From Eledone cirrhosa (lineage: Eukaryota), in the NCBI GenBank assembly GCA_964016885.1, contig OZ024743.1, positions 261,950,001-262,014,000 of the forward strand: a DNA stretch of 64,000 nt, in the 5' to 3' direction. The notes under the pieces are model-generated. The model saw only the letters and a program-made list of their open reading frames with translations, searched no databases and had not been told where the DNA came from. The position numbers were made by a program, and so were the translations under genes. Below are positions 51,814 to 63,600 of this stretch, in pieces (the stretch's first letter is position 1; every line of letters starts with the position of its first letter).

Positions 51814-54800
51814 TTAGGTAAGGCGGGTCTTCTCTGTTACTGAGTACCGCCAAAGGTCTCGGTCCAGTGACATTGTCTTGGAGAGGTGTAAGTGTGTGAT
51901 GTCGGAGTTTATCAGCTCGTCCCAGGTTTTTCTAGGTCTGCCTATTCCGTGACTACCGTCTATCTTTATTGCCCTGCACTTTGTTATACAGCTATCGACT
52001 TTCATGCGCATCACGTGTCCATACCAACGTAGCCTTCTCTCGAGTAAACAACATCTGATCCCTCTTATCTCTAATTTTTTCCTTAGTTCGTTTATGCTTT
52101 GCCGTTCACGTATATTACTGTTACACATCCAGCGGAGCATGCAAGCTTCGTTCCTCTCTAGTCTGCGTATATCCTCTGCACACAATGCCCAGGTCTCACT
52201 GCCATGCAGCATTGCTGTTCGTATGCAGGCATCGTACAACCTGCCTTTCATTTTTAGGGAGAACCCTTTAGCAGCTAATAGTGGTATAAGCTCTCTGAAC
52301 TTTTTCCAACCAGTTCTGACTCTAGCTACAGTACTTTCAGAGCACCCTCCCCCACTGCTGATTTTATCGCCCAGGTAACGGAAGCTGTCCACTATTTCTA
52401 TAGAACCCTCTGCGCAATTGAAAGAGCTAGTATTTTGTGGGCACTTGCTGCTACTTATTGCACCAGAACACCGGCCACATGTAAAATCTATGTTCTTAGT
52501 TAGCTTACCTGTGATCCCACTACATCTTTTATGCACCCATACTTTGCATTTAGGACATAAAATGGAGTTTCTACCTACGCCTTTCCTACACACCGAGCAC
52601 GACCATTTCCCAGAAGGGACCGCCGCCTTGTTTTCTTTCCTACAAACTAGAACTTTGGTCTTAGCCAGGTTAATTTTAAGTCCTTTTGACTCTAGGCCGT
52701 GCTTCCATGTTTGGAATTTCTTCTCTAGCTCGGCCATTGATTCCGCTATGAGTGTCAGGTCGTCTGCGTATAGGAGTTCCCATGGGCAGCCTGTCTTGAA
52801 CTCCTCTGTTATAGCCTGAAGCGCAATAATAAATAGTAGGGGGCTGAGAACAGAGCCCTGATGGACGCCAACTTTTACGCTAAACTCTTCACTATATTCG
52901 TTGTTAATTCTAACCTTGCTGACTGTTTCTTTATACATGGCTTGTATAGCCCTCACAAGCCATTCGTCAACGCCTAGTTTTCTAAGAGCCCACCAGATAA
53001 TGGAGCGGGGGACTCTGTCGAAGGCTTTCTCCAAGTCGACAAAAGCTAAGTAGAGGGGTTTACCTTTAGCTAGGTACTTCTCCTGTAGTTGTCGTACTAT
53101 GAAAAGAGCGTCTGTGGTACTTTTGCCTGACACAAACCCGAACTGCATTTCATCTAGGTCAATTCTCTCTCTGATTAGTTGCGCTATTACTTTTTCCGTG
53201 ACCTTCATGACCTGGTCGATTAATTTAATGCCTCTATAGTTACTCCTATCTAGGGCGTCTCCTTTACCCTTATAACAGTTAACGATGATGCTGCTATGCC
53301 AGTCCTTCGGAACAACCCCATTCTGTACGACTTGGTTAACTATGCGGGTGACCATGGTGTGTCCCACCGTGCCAGATGCCTTCAGCATCTCAGCAACTAT
53401 TTCCGAAGGCCCAGCCGCCTTACCCGTCTTCATATCCTTGATTGCCTTACTTATTACACTCCCCTCGACTAACACTGCTGGTCCCTCTATTGGGTCGATA
53501 TGGGGGAGACTGTCTTTCTCCCATTTATTCTCCTCATTTAGTAGCCTTTCATAGTGACACTTCCAAGCTACCTTCTTATCAGCGTCGGTGATGGCAAGTG
53601 TGCCATCGTCGTTTAGTACACACTTCTCCCCGACAATATCACGGTTTTCCTTGACGCATTGCCTAGCAATCCTGAACACCTCACGTTTTTGGTCCTCACG
53701 TTGTAGAACATGCTTGAACTTTCTTTCCTCTGCTTCCCTTCTTGCTAAGTACACTTCTCTCCTAGCTTCCCTCCTGGCCACTTGATAGTCTTCTCTACTT
53801 CCCCAATCCCGCCATACTTTCCAAGCCTGCTTTTTGGCCTTAATTGACCCCTCCACCTTACTGTTCCACCACCATGTTACTCTCCTCCTGCCTACAGGCC
53901 TGCTCCAGCCACAGACTTCGTCTGTCGCCAACAGCAGGTTTGCTTTCAGAAATTCCCACTGTCCCTCTATATTGTCCGACTCTAAATGTTCTTCCTTACT
54001 GTCGAAAGCATCAAGTAATATGCTTTGAAATTTATTCCTGGCTGTGGGGTCCTTTAGCTTCCATATTTTTCTCCTGAGGATAGTCCTCTTCTGCTGTCGA
54101 GTACGTCTCGTCCTGACTATGAGGTCGCTAATTATCAGTCTATGTTGGGAGGTGCATTCTTCATGGGGGAGGGATTTAGTGTTTACAACAGACACTCTGT
54201 CACGTCTTCTGGTAAGGATATAATCTACCTGGCTTGTGTGTTCCCCGGATCTATAGGTGATCAGGTGATTGTCACGTTTTTTGAAGTTAGTGTTACAGAT
54301 AGTTAGGTTATTTGCATCACAGAATTCCAGGATTCTGGAGCCTTCCTCATTTCTAGTACCAAACCCATAGCCTCCATGGATTTCGTCGTAGCCGTCACAA
54401 TGTTGTCCAACGTGACCATTTAGGTCGCCTGCAATAATTATATAGTCACTGTCGGATATTTGGGAGGTAGTTAGCATCAGTGTCTCATAGAATCTGTCTT
54501 TTATAGTGCCGGGCAGTCCGGATTGGGGTGCGTACGCAGATATTACTGTCACCGTAGTTCTATTGAGGACAAGTCGTATTTTAATTATTCTGTTGTTCAC
54601 TCTATTTACGTCTATTATCTTATCTGCCCACTTTTCTGCTACCATGATTCCTACTCCACCCAGCCCATCGTCGTTTCCCACCCAGAAAAGCTTATAACAT
54701 CGTTTTTTACCCTCAATGAACCTAGCAGACCCACCCCTCCACCTGGTCTCTTGAATACAACAAACATCGACCTCCTTACGTTCAAACATTTCTACAACCT

Positions 54801-55044
54801 CGTTAGCGCGACCCTTTAGGGTGCCTACATTTATGGTACCAACTCTGAAGTTTTGGATTGCTTTTGGGGGTTGGGGGCGGTGGGGGGCGGGGGGCGATGG
54901 GGTTATGTTAGCCGTCCGCGGTCGAAACAATGAGGAGTGCTCGCATTCTCGTCCAAGAGGTGAATTTGTCTTTATCTTTGGCATTGTCGCTGAGCGTCCA
55001 GATTTTTCTCTCTCTCCTCCACTCTCCAGGATTCCGCAGTCCAT
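51814..55044 (-). CDS. LINE polyprotein: APE endonuclease plus reverse transcriptase with an internal PHD-type finger
   Basis: No stops over ~1075 codons. APE motifs: TINVGTL, QETRW, SAYAPQ, GDLNGHVG, QVDYIL, SQHRL. RT motifs: NYRGIKL, QFGF, FVDLEKAFD, GVHQGSVLSP, YADD, FRYLG. In-frame ATGs at 55044 and 54984 (the track start at 55113 is a GTG). Confidence 0.95.
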   Translation of the reverse strand: MDCGILESGGEREKSGRSATMPKIKTNSPLGRECEHSSLFRPRTANITPSPPAPHRPQPPKAIQNFRVGTINVGTLKGRANEVVEMFERKEVDVCCIQETRWRGGSARFIEGKKRCYKLFWVGNDDGLGGVGIMVAEKWADKIIDVNRVNNRIIKIRLVLNRTTVTVISAYAPQSGLPGTIKDRFYETLMLTTSQISDSDYIIIAGDLNGHVGQHCDGYDEIHGGYGFGTRNEEGSRILEFCDANNLTICNTNFKKRDNHLITYRSGEHTSQVDYILTRRRDRVSVVNTKSLPHEECTSQHRLIISDLIVRTRRTRQQKRTILRRKIWKLKDPTARNKFQSILLDAFDSKEEHLESDNIEGQWEFLKANLLLATDEVCGWSRPVGRRRVTWWWNSKVEGSIKAKKQAWKVWRDWGSREDYQVARREARREVYLARREAEERKFKHVLQREDQKREVFRIARQCVKENRDIVGEKCVLNDDGTLAITDADKKVAWKCHYERLLNEENKWEKDSLPHIDPIEGPAVLVEGSVISKAIKDMKTGKAAGPSEIVAEMLKASGTVGHTMVTRIVNQVVQNGVVPKDWHSSIIVNCYKGKGDALDRSNYRGIKLIDQVMKVTEKVIAQLIRERIDLDEMQFGFVSGKSTTDALFIVRQLQEKYLAKGKPLYLAFVDLEKAFDRVPRSIIWWALRKLGVDEWLVRAIQAMYKETVSKVRINNEYSEEFSVKVGVHQGSVLSPLLFIIALQAITEEFKTGCPWELLYADDLTLIAESMAELEKKFQTWKHGLESKGLKINLAKTKVLVCRKENKAAVPSGKWSCSVCRKGVGRNSILCPKCKVWVHKRCSGITGKLTKNIDFTCGRCSGAISSSKCPQNTSSFNCAEGSIEIVDSFRYLGDKISSGGGCSESTVARVRTGWKKFRELIPLLAAKGFSLKMKGRLYDACIRTAMLHGSETWALCAEDIRRLERNEACMLRWMCNSNIRERQSINELRKKLEIRGIRCCLLERRLRWYGHVMRMKVDSCITKCRAIKIDGSHGIGRPRKTWDELINSDITHLHLSKTMSLDRDLWRYSVTEKTRLT

Positions 55045-55101
55045 CCATCCATCATATATCGAAAGGCAACCAGGCAAGCGATAGTATAGGCCTCTGGCTT
55101 C

Positions 55102-55190
55102 TGATTGGTCCACGTAATAATAATACTGGTGATGCGTGGGGGCTCTAGCTTATGATTGGTCCACGTAATAGCAATGGTGGTGCGTGGGGG
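55102..55190 (-). promoter_or_regulatory. Candidate LINE internal promoter: duplicated CCCCCACGCA...TTACGTGGACCAATCA module
   Basis: Two tandem ~51-nt units just upstream of the ORF, each with a CCAAT box next to an ACGT core. Confidence 0.4.
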
Positions 55191-55484
55191 CGGGAGGGAG
55201 AGGTGTTGGGTAGCTAGATAGAAGGTAATGATTGAATGGGGTCCTTGCACATTTAACAAGCGATTAACAAAAATACAAAATTTGTTCTGTTCAATACGAC
55301 CAAAAACTTTCGTATCTAACAATTAATAAATACAAAAAATGTAGATTGTTTTAGCGATAGATTGGCTATTTGGACTTGATACGAAGTGTGGAGGTAGAGA
55401 TGAAGGAAAATATGTACATTACGTTACATGAATATCGTGGAGTAGACAGCAAAGCAATGAAATTTGGTGAAGTGAATTTCTATC

Positions 55485-55532
<48 letters not shown>

Positions 55533-56622
55533 GGGTGGTGGCCGCATGATGATTGTGTGTATTGGGCGTTTGACCTCCATGCCTTCGAAGTAGCGGGTGG
55601 GGGTCGAGGAAGCGGGAGTTTCGAGTTTCGAAAGAAGGAAGAAGGAAAGGATTTTGTTTTTTGTTTTGAAAATACGCTAGATGTTCAAAAACATTCAACC
55701 CATGAGCACCTCATATTTATCCAATCTATTGTTTATCCAACATGTCTTTCCTCTTTAAAGATGGTAAATTGTGATTTGAGTGAGACTTAGCTACTATTTG
55801 TAGTCAGTCGCTTGACCATATAGCAGCTCTCTTGCTTGGATGTTAAGTAAAATCTCTTCTACATGCCTTTTACTTCCTTGCATTAGCTAGACATTCATTT
55901 TTCAAAACTTTTTTTTTTTTACTGTGGCTCCCAGTAAGACCTGAATTTTGTATTGCGACAAATTTTTGTAGATTTTTCTAGATTTTCGTAGGCTTTTGTA
56001 GATTTATGCATATTTATGTAGATTTTTGCTGATTTTTGTAAATTTTTAAAACTTAATGTTTTGACGGATTTTATTTATGTTACAACCTACTAATAGGTCA
56101 TGAGCTGCTGTTTGTAAGACTTTGAGCTAGACTATAATGATAGCTGAGTGAGTCTATGTGGGATAGGATTGAACTACTATTCAAAGATAGCTTCAGGGGC
56201 TTCAAATCTTGTTATCAACTGTTTACAGATGATTCAATTAATACCAGCATAATTACTAGTACTGGTACTCATGGATACAAGTATGGTTTTGAAGTATTTG
56301 ACTACTATCTTTAGAAATATCCTTCATCTTTCCTTCAGCTATCTTAATAAAGTAGGACACATTTGATAATGTAATTCTTGGTGCTCTGTCTTAGAAAAAG
56401 AAGGGACTTTTCATGACATGAACATATTTAACCATAGGTCTTCTGGATCAGGGGTGCAATAAAGGTAAACAATAACAATAACAGCAACCAAGTCGACTGC
56501 TTTACAATTTTTCTTATACATCATTTTTTATTAGGGAATAACAGTGTTTATTGTTATTGTTATTTTTTTTATATGGCAATAATATCACCGTTGTAATTCT
56601 TCTTCTTCCTTATTATTTGTAG

Positions 56623-56643
56623 GCCCTTTCAATGGACCAAGTG
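56623..56643 (+). CDS. Mucin-like gene 21-nt microexon (GPFNGPS)
   Basis: Long pyrimidine tract ending TTTGTAG, strong G|GTAAGT donor, phase 1-1 matching the preceding exon. Confidence 0.7.
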
Positions 56644-57689
56644 GTAAGTAGATCCTATGTATGTGTGTGTGCTTTTGTGTATGTGTTTGTGTGTGCATGT
56701 GTGTGAATATGTGTATGTGCGTGTGTGTGTGTGCATCTTTGTGTGTGTGTCTGTGCTCGTGAGTATGTGTTTATGTGTCTGTGCGTGTGTGTAAATCTGT
56801 ATGTGTGTCTGTTTTATTGAACAATGATGTGCAATGAGAAAAATAGCTTAAATTTTGATTATTGTTCCTTAACATTAAATTCACGGTATGTTTTATTGAT
56901 TTAATTGATACTCTCTAGGGCTAGGTTATAATTAGTTTCATTTCTGATAAATTTCATATAGAAAATAGTTTACCAGTTGCAGGTGTATATATATATATAT
57001 ATATATATATCCATCAAATGGAAAATTGGCAAGAAATTGAGACCATATGTAAATGTATCTAAGGCATGCAGATTACGCATCAACGAAAGATCAAATATCT
57101 TGCAGAGAAAATGAGAGCCAATTTTTTAAACTGCTATCCGCACGTCACAAAATTTTTGTTATATAACTTAAAAGCCTAGGATGCTTAATGACATCACCTG
57201 TTCCTTTTGGCCAAAGCTATTGTTCTTCAATATGTATCTCCCCTACAACAGTTAAATGGAGTCACAGAAAAGAAAACTAGCCTCTTCTGTGCAAAATGCA
57301 TCCAGTTCAAAAATACTTCTTCTCACATCATAACCATATGCAAGTTGATAATCCTCTTTAGGTGAAATGTGTGTTCTCAAAATATGGTTTGGTAATTGTT
57401 GTGAAATTAACTCTCTCTCTATATATATATATATAAAGTCTGCAGTGCCGTGACTGGGGAGATCACAAATCAGGATAGTACTCTATGTATAGGAAAAAGC
57501 AGAGTGGGTATAAAGGAAGATATAAACCCAACAGCAATGCCTAACAGTTTCAGCTTGTATTCAGCAAGCCTTTTTAAGGGAGTACACCCTTGATAAGGAT
57601 TGCTGAATATAATCTGAAACTGCTAGGTGGCGCACTTGGGTTTATACCCTCCTTTATATATATATATATGTATCGATCAGTGTCTCCAT

Positions 57690-57976
57690 TGAATTGGTGT
57701 ACTCTGAGTATGGAAAGATTTGCTTGAGCAAATCTGATCTCAGGAGCCATAGTCGCAGCCGTGTTCAGAGAGAACCAGTAAACGATGATCTCCATGGTAT
57801 TGTGAAGGTTCACAGGCAACCTGATGCAAGACCTGAGGCCAAGGAGATCCATAGTTGTCATCAGTGTGTGAAGGAGTGCAAGTCTCTAACAGACTTGAAA
57901 AGCCATATTCAAGCATCACACATCTGAATCTGACAAGTGATTGCAATACTTTTAGTGTGAGTTTGCAGCCATCATA
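57690..57976 (+). mobile_element. 3' relic of the C2H2-finger RTE family
   Basis: CHQCVKECKSLTDLKSHIQASH, then the TTTGCAGCCATCAT tail. Confidence 0.75.
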
Positions 57977-58004
57977 TATACATACACACAGACACACACA
58001 CATA

Positions 58005-58057
<53 letters not shown>

Positions 58058-58063
58058 TTGGTT

Positions 58064-58101
58064 CCTTTACCGGTTTCGCAGTTCTTCTGCTTTTCAAAAG
58101 T
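58064..58101 (-). ncRNA. Hammerhead motif, U3-A8 variant, homolog of 1903-1940
   Basis: ctt-TTGAAAA-gcag(aagaa)ctgc-GAAA-CCGGT-A-aag. Flanking 58190-58298 matches 1972-2080. Confidence 0.65.
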
Positions 58102-58320
58102 AGAATTGAGATGGAGGGTTTGTGGTTTTTCTCACATCTCACATTTTAAAAAAGACTCATCTGTGGTTTTTCTCACATCTCACATTTAAAAAAAAGACTC
58201 CAGTTGCATTTTTGATTTCATCTTTTTTTCCTTATACTTACACTCGTGTAGGACACCTCGTTTTTTTTCATTTTGTAAAAAAACCTCACTTTCTAATAAT
58301 TTATATATATATATATATAT

Positions 58321-58582
58321 TTCCTTGAGCAAGACACTTTATTTCACATTGCTCCAGTTTACTCAGCTGTAGAAATGAGATGATAGGGACTGGGGTCCAT
58401 ATCATTCCACTGCAAAGTGGTCGTGCAGGTGCCACGGCAAAAAAGCACCCAGCACTCACTGTAAATGAGGTTGGTGTTAGGAAGGGCATCCATCTGTGGA
58501 AATCAAGCCAGAATCAGTTTCCGTCCCACCCTTGCAAGCAGGGAAAAAGCGGACGTAAAATGAAATGATGAAAATGAAATGA
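58321..58582 (+). mobile_element. 5'-truncated SINE (core plus RTE tail)
   Basis: Near-identical to 17595-17853. Confidence 0.85.
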
Positions 58583-58757
58583 TATATATATATTAGAATT
58601 GGTGCTCTGAAATAGCGATATATATATATGAATGTATACATAGTGTATTTTGCAATACACTATATGCTTAATTAAAAGCATTTCGAAGACCTTACGTTAT
58701 TGTTTTAGAGTAGTGACAGTCTCACTTACTTTAATTTTCAGCAAACAGGGGAGATAA

Positions 58758-58802
58758 AGCTGACAGAGCTCTGTTTCGCACTTTTTGGTGCTTATCAAAG
58801 CT
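58758..58802 (-). ncRNA. Hammerhead motif, U3-A8 variant with 12-nt palindromic stem III
   Basis: agct-TTGATAA-gcac(caaaaa)gtgc-GAAA-CAGAGCTCTGT-C-agct. Stem I is extended by a 16-bp inverted repeat (58734-58749/58813-58828). Confidence 0.78.
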
Positions 58803-59263
58803 AAGTACTCCACCTGTTTGCTGAAAATCATGAATGTTTGATTCTTATAGAATTCTAGTAATAATCAGGAACTGATTATAGAGAGCGGTTGCCGGTCAAG
58901 CAGAAATTGAAAATTAGAATTGGTGCTCTGAAATAGCGATATATATTGTTTGCTGAAAATTAAAGTAAGTGAGACTATCACTACTCTAAAACAATAGCGT
59001 AAGGTCTTCGAAATGCTTTTAATTAAGCCTACAGTGTATTGCAAAATACTTTGACAATATATGAACAATCGTCTGGTTGTGGAACCAACCAACCGGAAAT
59101 TTGTAAATTCCTAAATTTATAAATTTAATTTATAATAAATTGAAGTGAAAGCAACTGGTGCGTGTGTTTCTTATTGGCAACATGACGCTCCCAAAGTATA
59201 ACAATATCGGTTTCAACACACGTTTTCAGATAAAGAATCTTGCTAAACAAATTCAGAAACGAA

Positions 59264-59294
<31 letters not shown>

Positions 59295-59904
59295 AATGTG
59301 AAGAATCAAAACAACAAATGTTTGATTTTAGTGCTTCTCAACAAACCAGCTCAATAGACTATGCCCAGAGCCATAATAATTCAAGTATAAAAGATATATG
59401 TATATATATATATATAGAGAGAGAGAGAGAAAGGACCATGTATCCATGAGAAAAGACAATATATTGTATATATACAGAGCACATATTTCAAAGAAAAATA
59501 TGTACTCCAGATGGAATAAAAAAAACTCCCTATAGCGCTATTTTGTGTTGTGTAAACCATAACTTAAAATTGATCTATGTAATCGATAATCGATCACAAA
59601 CTATCGATTATGATTAAGACATGGGAGACCGTCAACACTCATTAGGAGAGGGTCTCAATGATCTATTGGAAATAATATAGATGAAAAAATAGTATATAAT
59701 ACAATATACCTGTCCATATCAAGGGAAAGATCTAATGAAAGTCACACCAGACTAAAAGCAGCATGGTGTGAAATACATTCAAACCAAGGCCATAGATATA
59801 AACAAATGTGGACATTTATTCCACTAGAAAGAAGTGTGGAAATATTAGTCTCATCAGTTCAACAAGGATATAAAGCTGTAAAATACAAATGTAAAGAATG
59901 AAAA

Positions 59905-60270
59905 CAACCCTGAATACCTTTTTGATTTCCATGTGTCTAACACACGTGAGCATGCCCACAAAGTCAGAAAACAGCACAGTTCCCATGACTTTCAGAACAT
60001 TTTTTCACGCTCAGAGTTGCTGAAGCATGGAACAAACTACCTGCATCAGTCGTTAGCTGTCAAGACACTGCATCCTTTAAAACCTCCATGCTTCCCGAGA
60101 TTCACCAACACTACACCTAATGTTCCTCCTCCATACACATACACACATGTATATTATGACTCATACACTATTCACTTCCCTGACATTTGTATATTATTCT
60201 ATGTACTATACATGCACCGTTGACGAGTTGTAGTGCACCTGATCACTTTACACAATAATTTCATTATATT
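59905..60270 (+). mobile_element. CR1-group LINE 3' fragment
   Basis: SNTREHAHKVRKQ, then frameshifted RVAEAWNKLPASVV...SFK. Confidence 0.7.
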
Positions 60271-60611
60271 ATAAAACATAACAAATATGTTTTTGTGTCT
60301 GATAAAATACCATTCCGATATTTGTTTTAATTCATTACATTCTGAGTTCAAGTCCTGCTGAGATCAACATTGCATTTCAAGTATCAGTAAAGTACTGGGG
60401 GTTCATTTAATTTACTCTTCCCTCTGCCCATATTTTCTGGCCTTGTGCCTAAATAAGAAATCCTTATTACGCTGCTGTTGATGATGATGATGATTGTGAT
60501 GCTTTTATTGTTTTTACATTTCAGATGATTATAAAGATTGGAAAGGTAAAAAAATACCTTCTTTCTATTTGCATGTATTATTATAATGCATTGTAATATC
60601 CTGTAAGATTG

Positions 60612-63600
60612 TATTATTGTAATATTGTATATATTGTAATATTGTAATATTGTATATATTGTAATATTGTATATATTGTAATATTGTAATATTGTATATA
60701 TTTTAATATTGTATATATTGTAATATTGTAATATTGTATATATTGTAATATTGTAATATTGTAATATTGTATACATTGTAATATTGTAATATTGTATATA
60801 TTGTAATATTGTAATATTGTATATATTGTAATATTGTATATATTGTAATATTGTATATATTGTATATATTGTAATATTGTATATATTGTAATATTGTATA
60901 TATTGTAATATTGTATATATTGTAATATTGTATATATTGTAATATTGTATATATTGTATATATTGTAATATTGTATATATTGTAATATTGTATATATTGT
61001 AATATTGTATATATTGTATATATTGTAATATTGTATATATTGTAATATTGTATATATTGTAATATTGTATATATTGTAATATTGTATATATTGTAATATT
61101 GTATATATTGTAATATTGTAATATTGTATATATTGTAATATTGTAATATTGTATATATTGTAATATTGTATATATTGTAATATTGTAATATTGTATATAT
61201 TGTAATATTGTAATATTGTATATATTGTAATATTGTAATATTGTATATATTGTAATATTGTATATATTGTAATATTGTAATATTGTATATATTGTAATAT
61301 TGTATATATTGTAATATTGTATATATTGTAATATTGTATATATTGTAATATTGTAATATTGTATATATTGTAATATTGTATATATTGTAATATCGTAATA
61401 TTGTATATATTGTAATATTGTAATATTGTAATATTGTAATATTGTAATATTGTAATATTGTATATATTGTAATATTGTAATATTGTAATATTGTATACAT
61501 TGTAATATTGTATATATTGTAATATTGTATATATTGTAATATTGTAATATTGTAATATTGTATATATTGTAATATTGTATATATTGTATATATTGTAATA
61601 TTGTAATATTGTAATATTGTATATATTGTAATATTGTAATATTGTAATATTGTATATATTGTAATATTGTATATATTGTAATATTGTAATATTGTAATAT
61701 TGTATATATTGTATATATTGTAATATTGTAATATTGTATACATTGTAATATTGTAATATTGTATATATTGTAATATTGTATATATTGTAATATTGTAATA
61801 TTGTATATATTGTATATATTGTAATATTGTATATATTGTAATATTGTATTATTGTAATATTGTATATATTGTATATATTGTAATATTGTATATATTGTAA
61901 TATTGTATTATTGTAATATTGTATATATTGTATATATTGTAATATTGTAATATTGTATATATTGTAATATTGTATATATTGTAATATTGTATATATTGTA
62001 ATATTGTATACATTGTAATATTGTAATATTGTATATATTGTAATATTGTATATATTGTAATATTGTAATATTGTATATATTGTAATATTGTAATATTGTA
62101 TATATTGTAATATTGTATTATTGTAATATTGTAATATTGTATATATTGTAATATTGTATATATTGTAATATTGTAATATTGTATATATTGTAATATTGTT
62201 ATATTGTAATATTGTATACATTGTAATATTGTATATATTGTATATATTGTAATATTGTATATATTGTAATATTGTAATATTGTATATATTGTAATATTGT
62301 ATATATTGTAATATTGTAATATTGTATACATTGTAATATTGTAATATTGTATATATTGTAATATTGTAATATTGTATACATTGTAATATTGTAATATTGT
62401 ATATATTGTAATATTGTATATATTGTAATATTGTATATATTGTAATATTGTAATATTGTATATATTGTATATATTGTAATATTGTAATATTGTAATATTG
62501 TATACATTGTAATATTGTATATATTGTATATATTGTAATATTGTAATATTGTATATATTGTAATATTGTATATATTGTAATATTGTATATATTGTAATAT
62601 TGTATACATTGTAATATTGTAATATTGTATATATTGTAATATTGTATATATTGTAATATTGTATATATTGTAATATTGTATATATTGTAATATTGTATAT
62701 ATTGTAATATTGTATATATTGTAATATTGTAATATTGTATATATTGTAATATTGTATTATTGTAATATTGTAATATTGTATATATTGTAATATTGTATAT
62801 ATTGTAATATTGTAATATTGTAATATTGTATATATTGTATATATTGTAATATTGTAATATTGTATACATTGTAATATTGTATATATTGTATATATTGTAA
62901 TATTGTATATATTGTAATATTGTAATATTGTATATATTGTAATATTGTATATATTGTAATATTGTAATATTGTATACATTGTAATATTGTAATATTGTAT
63001 ATATTGTAATATTGTAATATTGTATACATTGTAATATTGTAATATTGTAATATTGTATATATTGTAATATTGTAATATTGTATATATTGTAATATTGTAT
63101 ATATTGTAATATTGTATATATTGTAATATTGTATATATTGTAATATTGTAATATTGTATATATTGTAATATTGTATATATTGTAATATTGTAATATTGTA
63201 TATATTGTATATATTGTAATATTGTAATATTGTAATATTGTATACATTGTAATATTGTATATATTGTAATATTGTATATATTGTATATATTGTAATATTG
63301 TAATATTGTAATATTGTATATATTGTAATATTGTATATATTGTATATATTGTAATATTGTAATATTGTAATATTGTATATATTGTAATATTGTAATATTG
63401 TAATATTGTAATATTGTATATATTGTAATATTGTAATATTGTAATATTGTATATATTGTAATATTGTAATATTGTAATATTGTATACATTGTAATATTGT
63501 AATATTGTAATATTGTATATATTGTAATATTGTAATATTGTATATATTGTAATATTGTAATATTGTATACATTGTAATATTGTAATATTGTAATATTGTA

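Larger units (their letters stand above)
51411..55680 (-). mobile_element. Apparently full-length RTE-clade LINE
   Basis: (GAT)n tail, ~400-nt 3'UTR and an intact ORF. The 5' end is inferred from where an older repeat, split by the insertion (compare 51020-51190), resumes near 55681. Confidence 0.88.
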
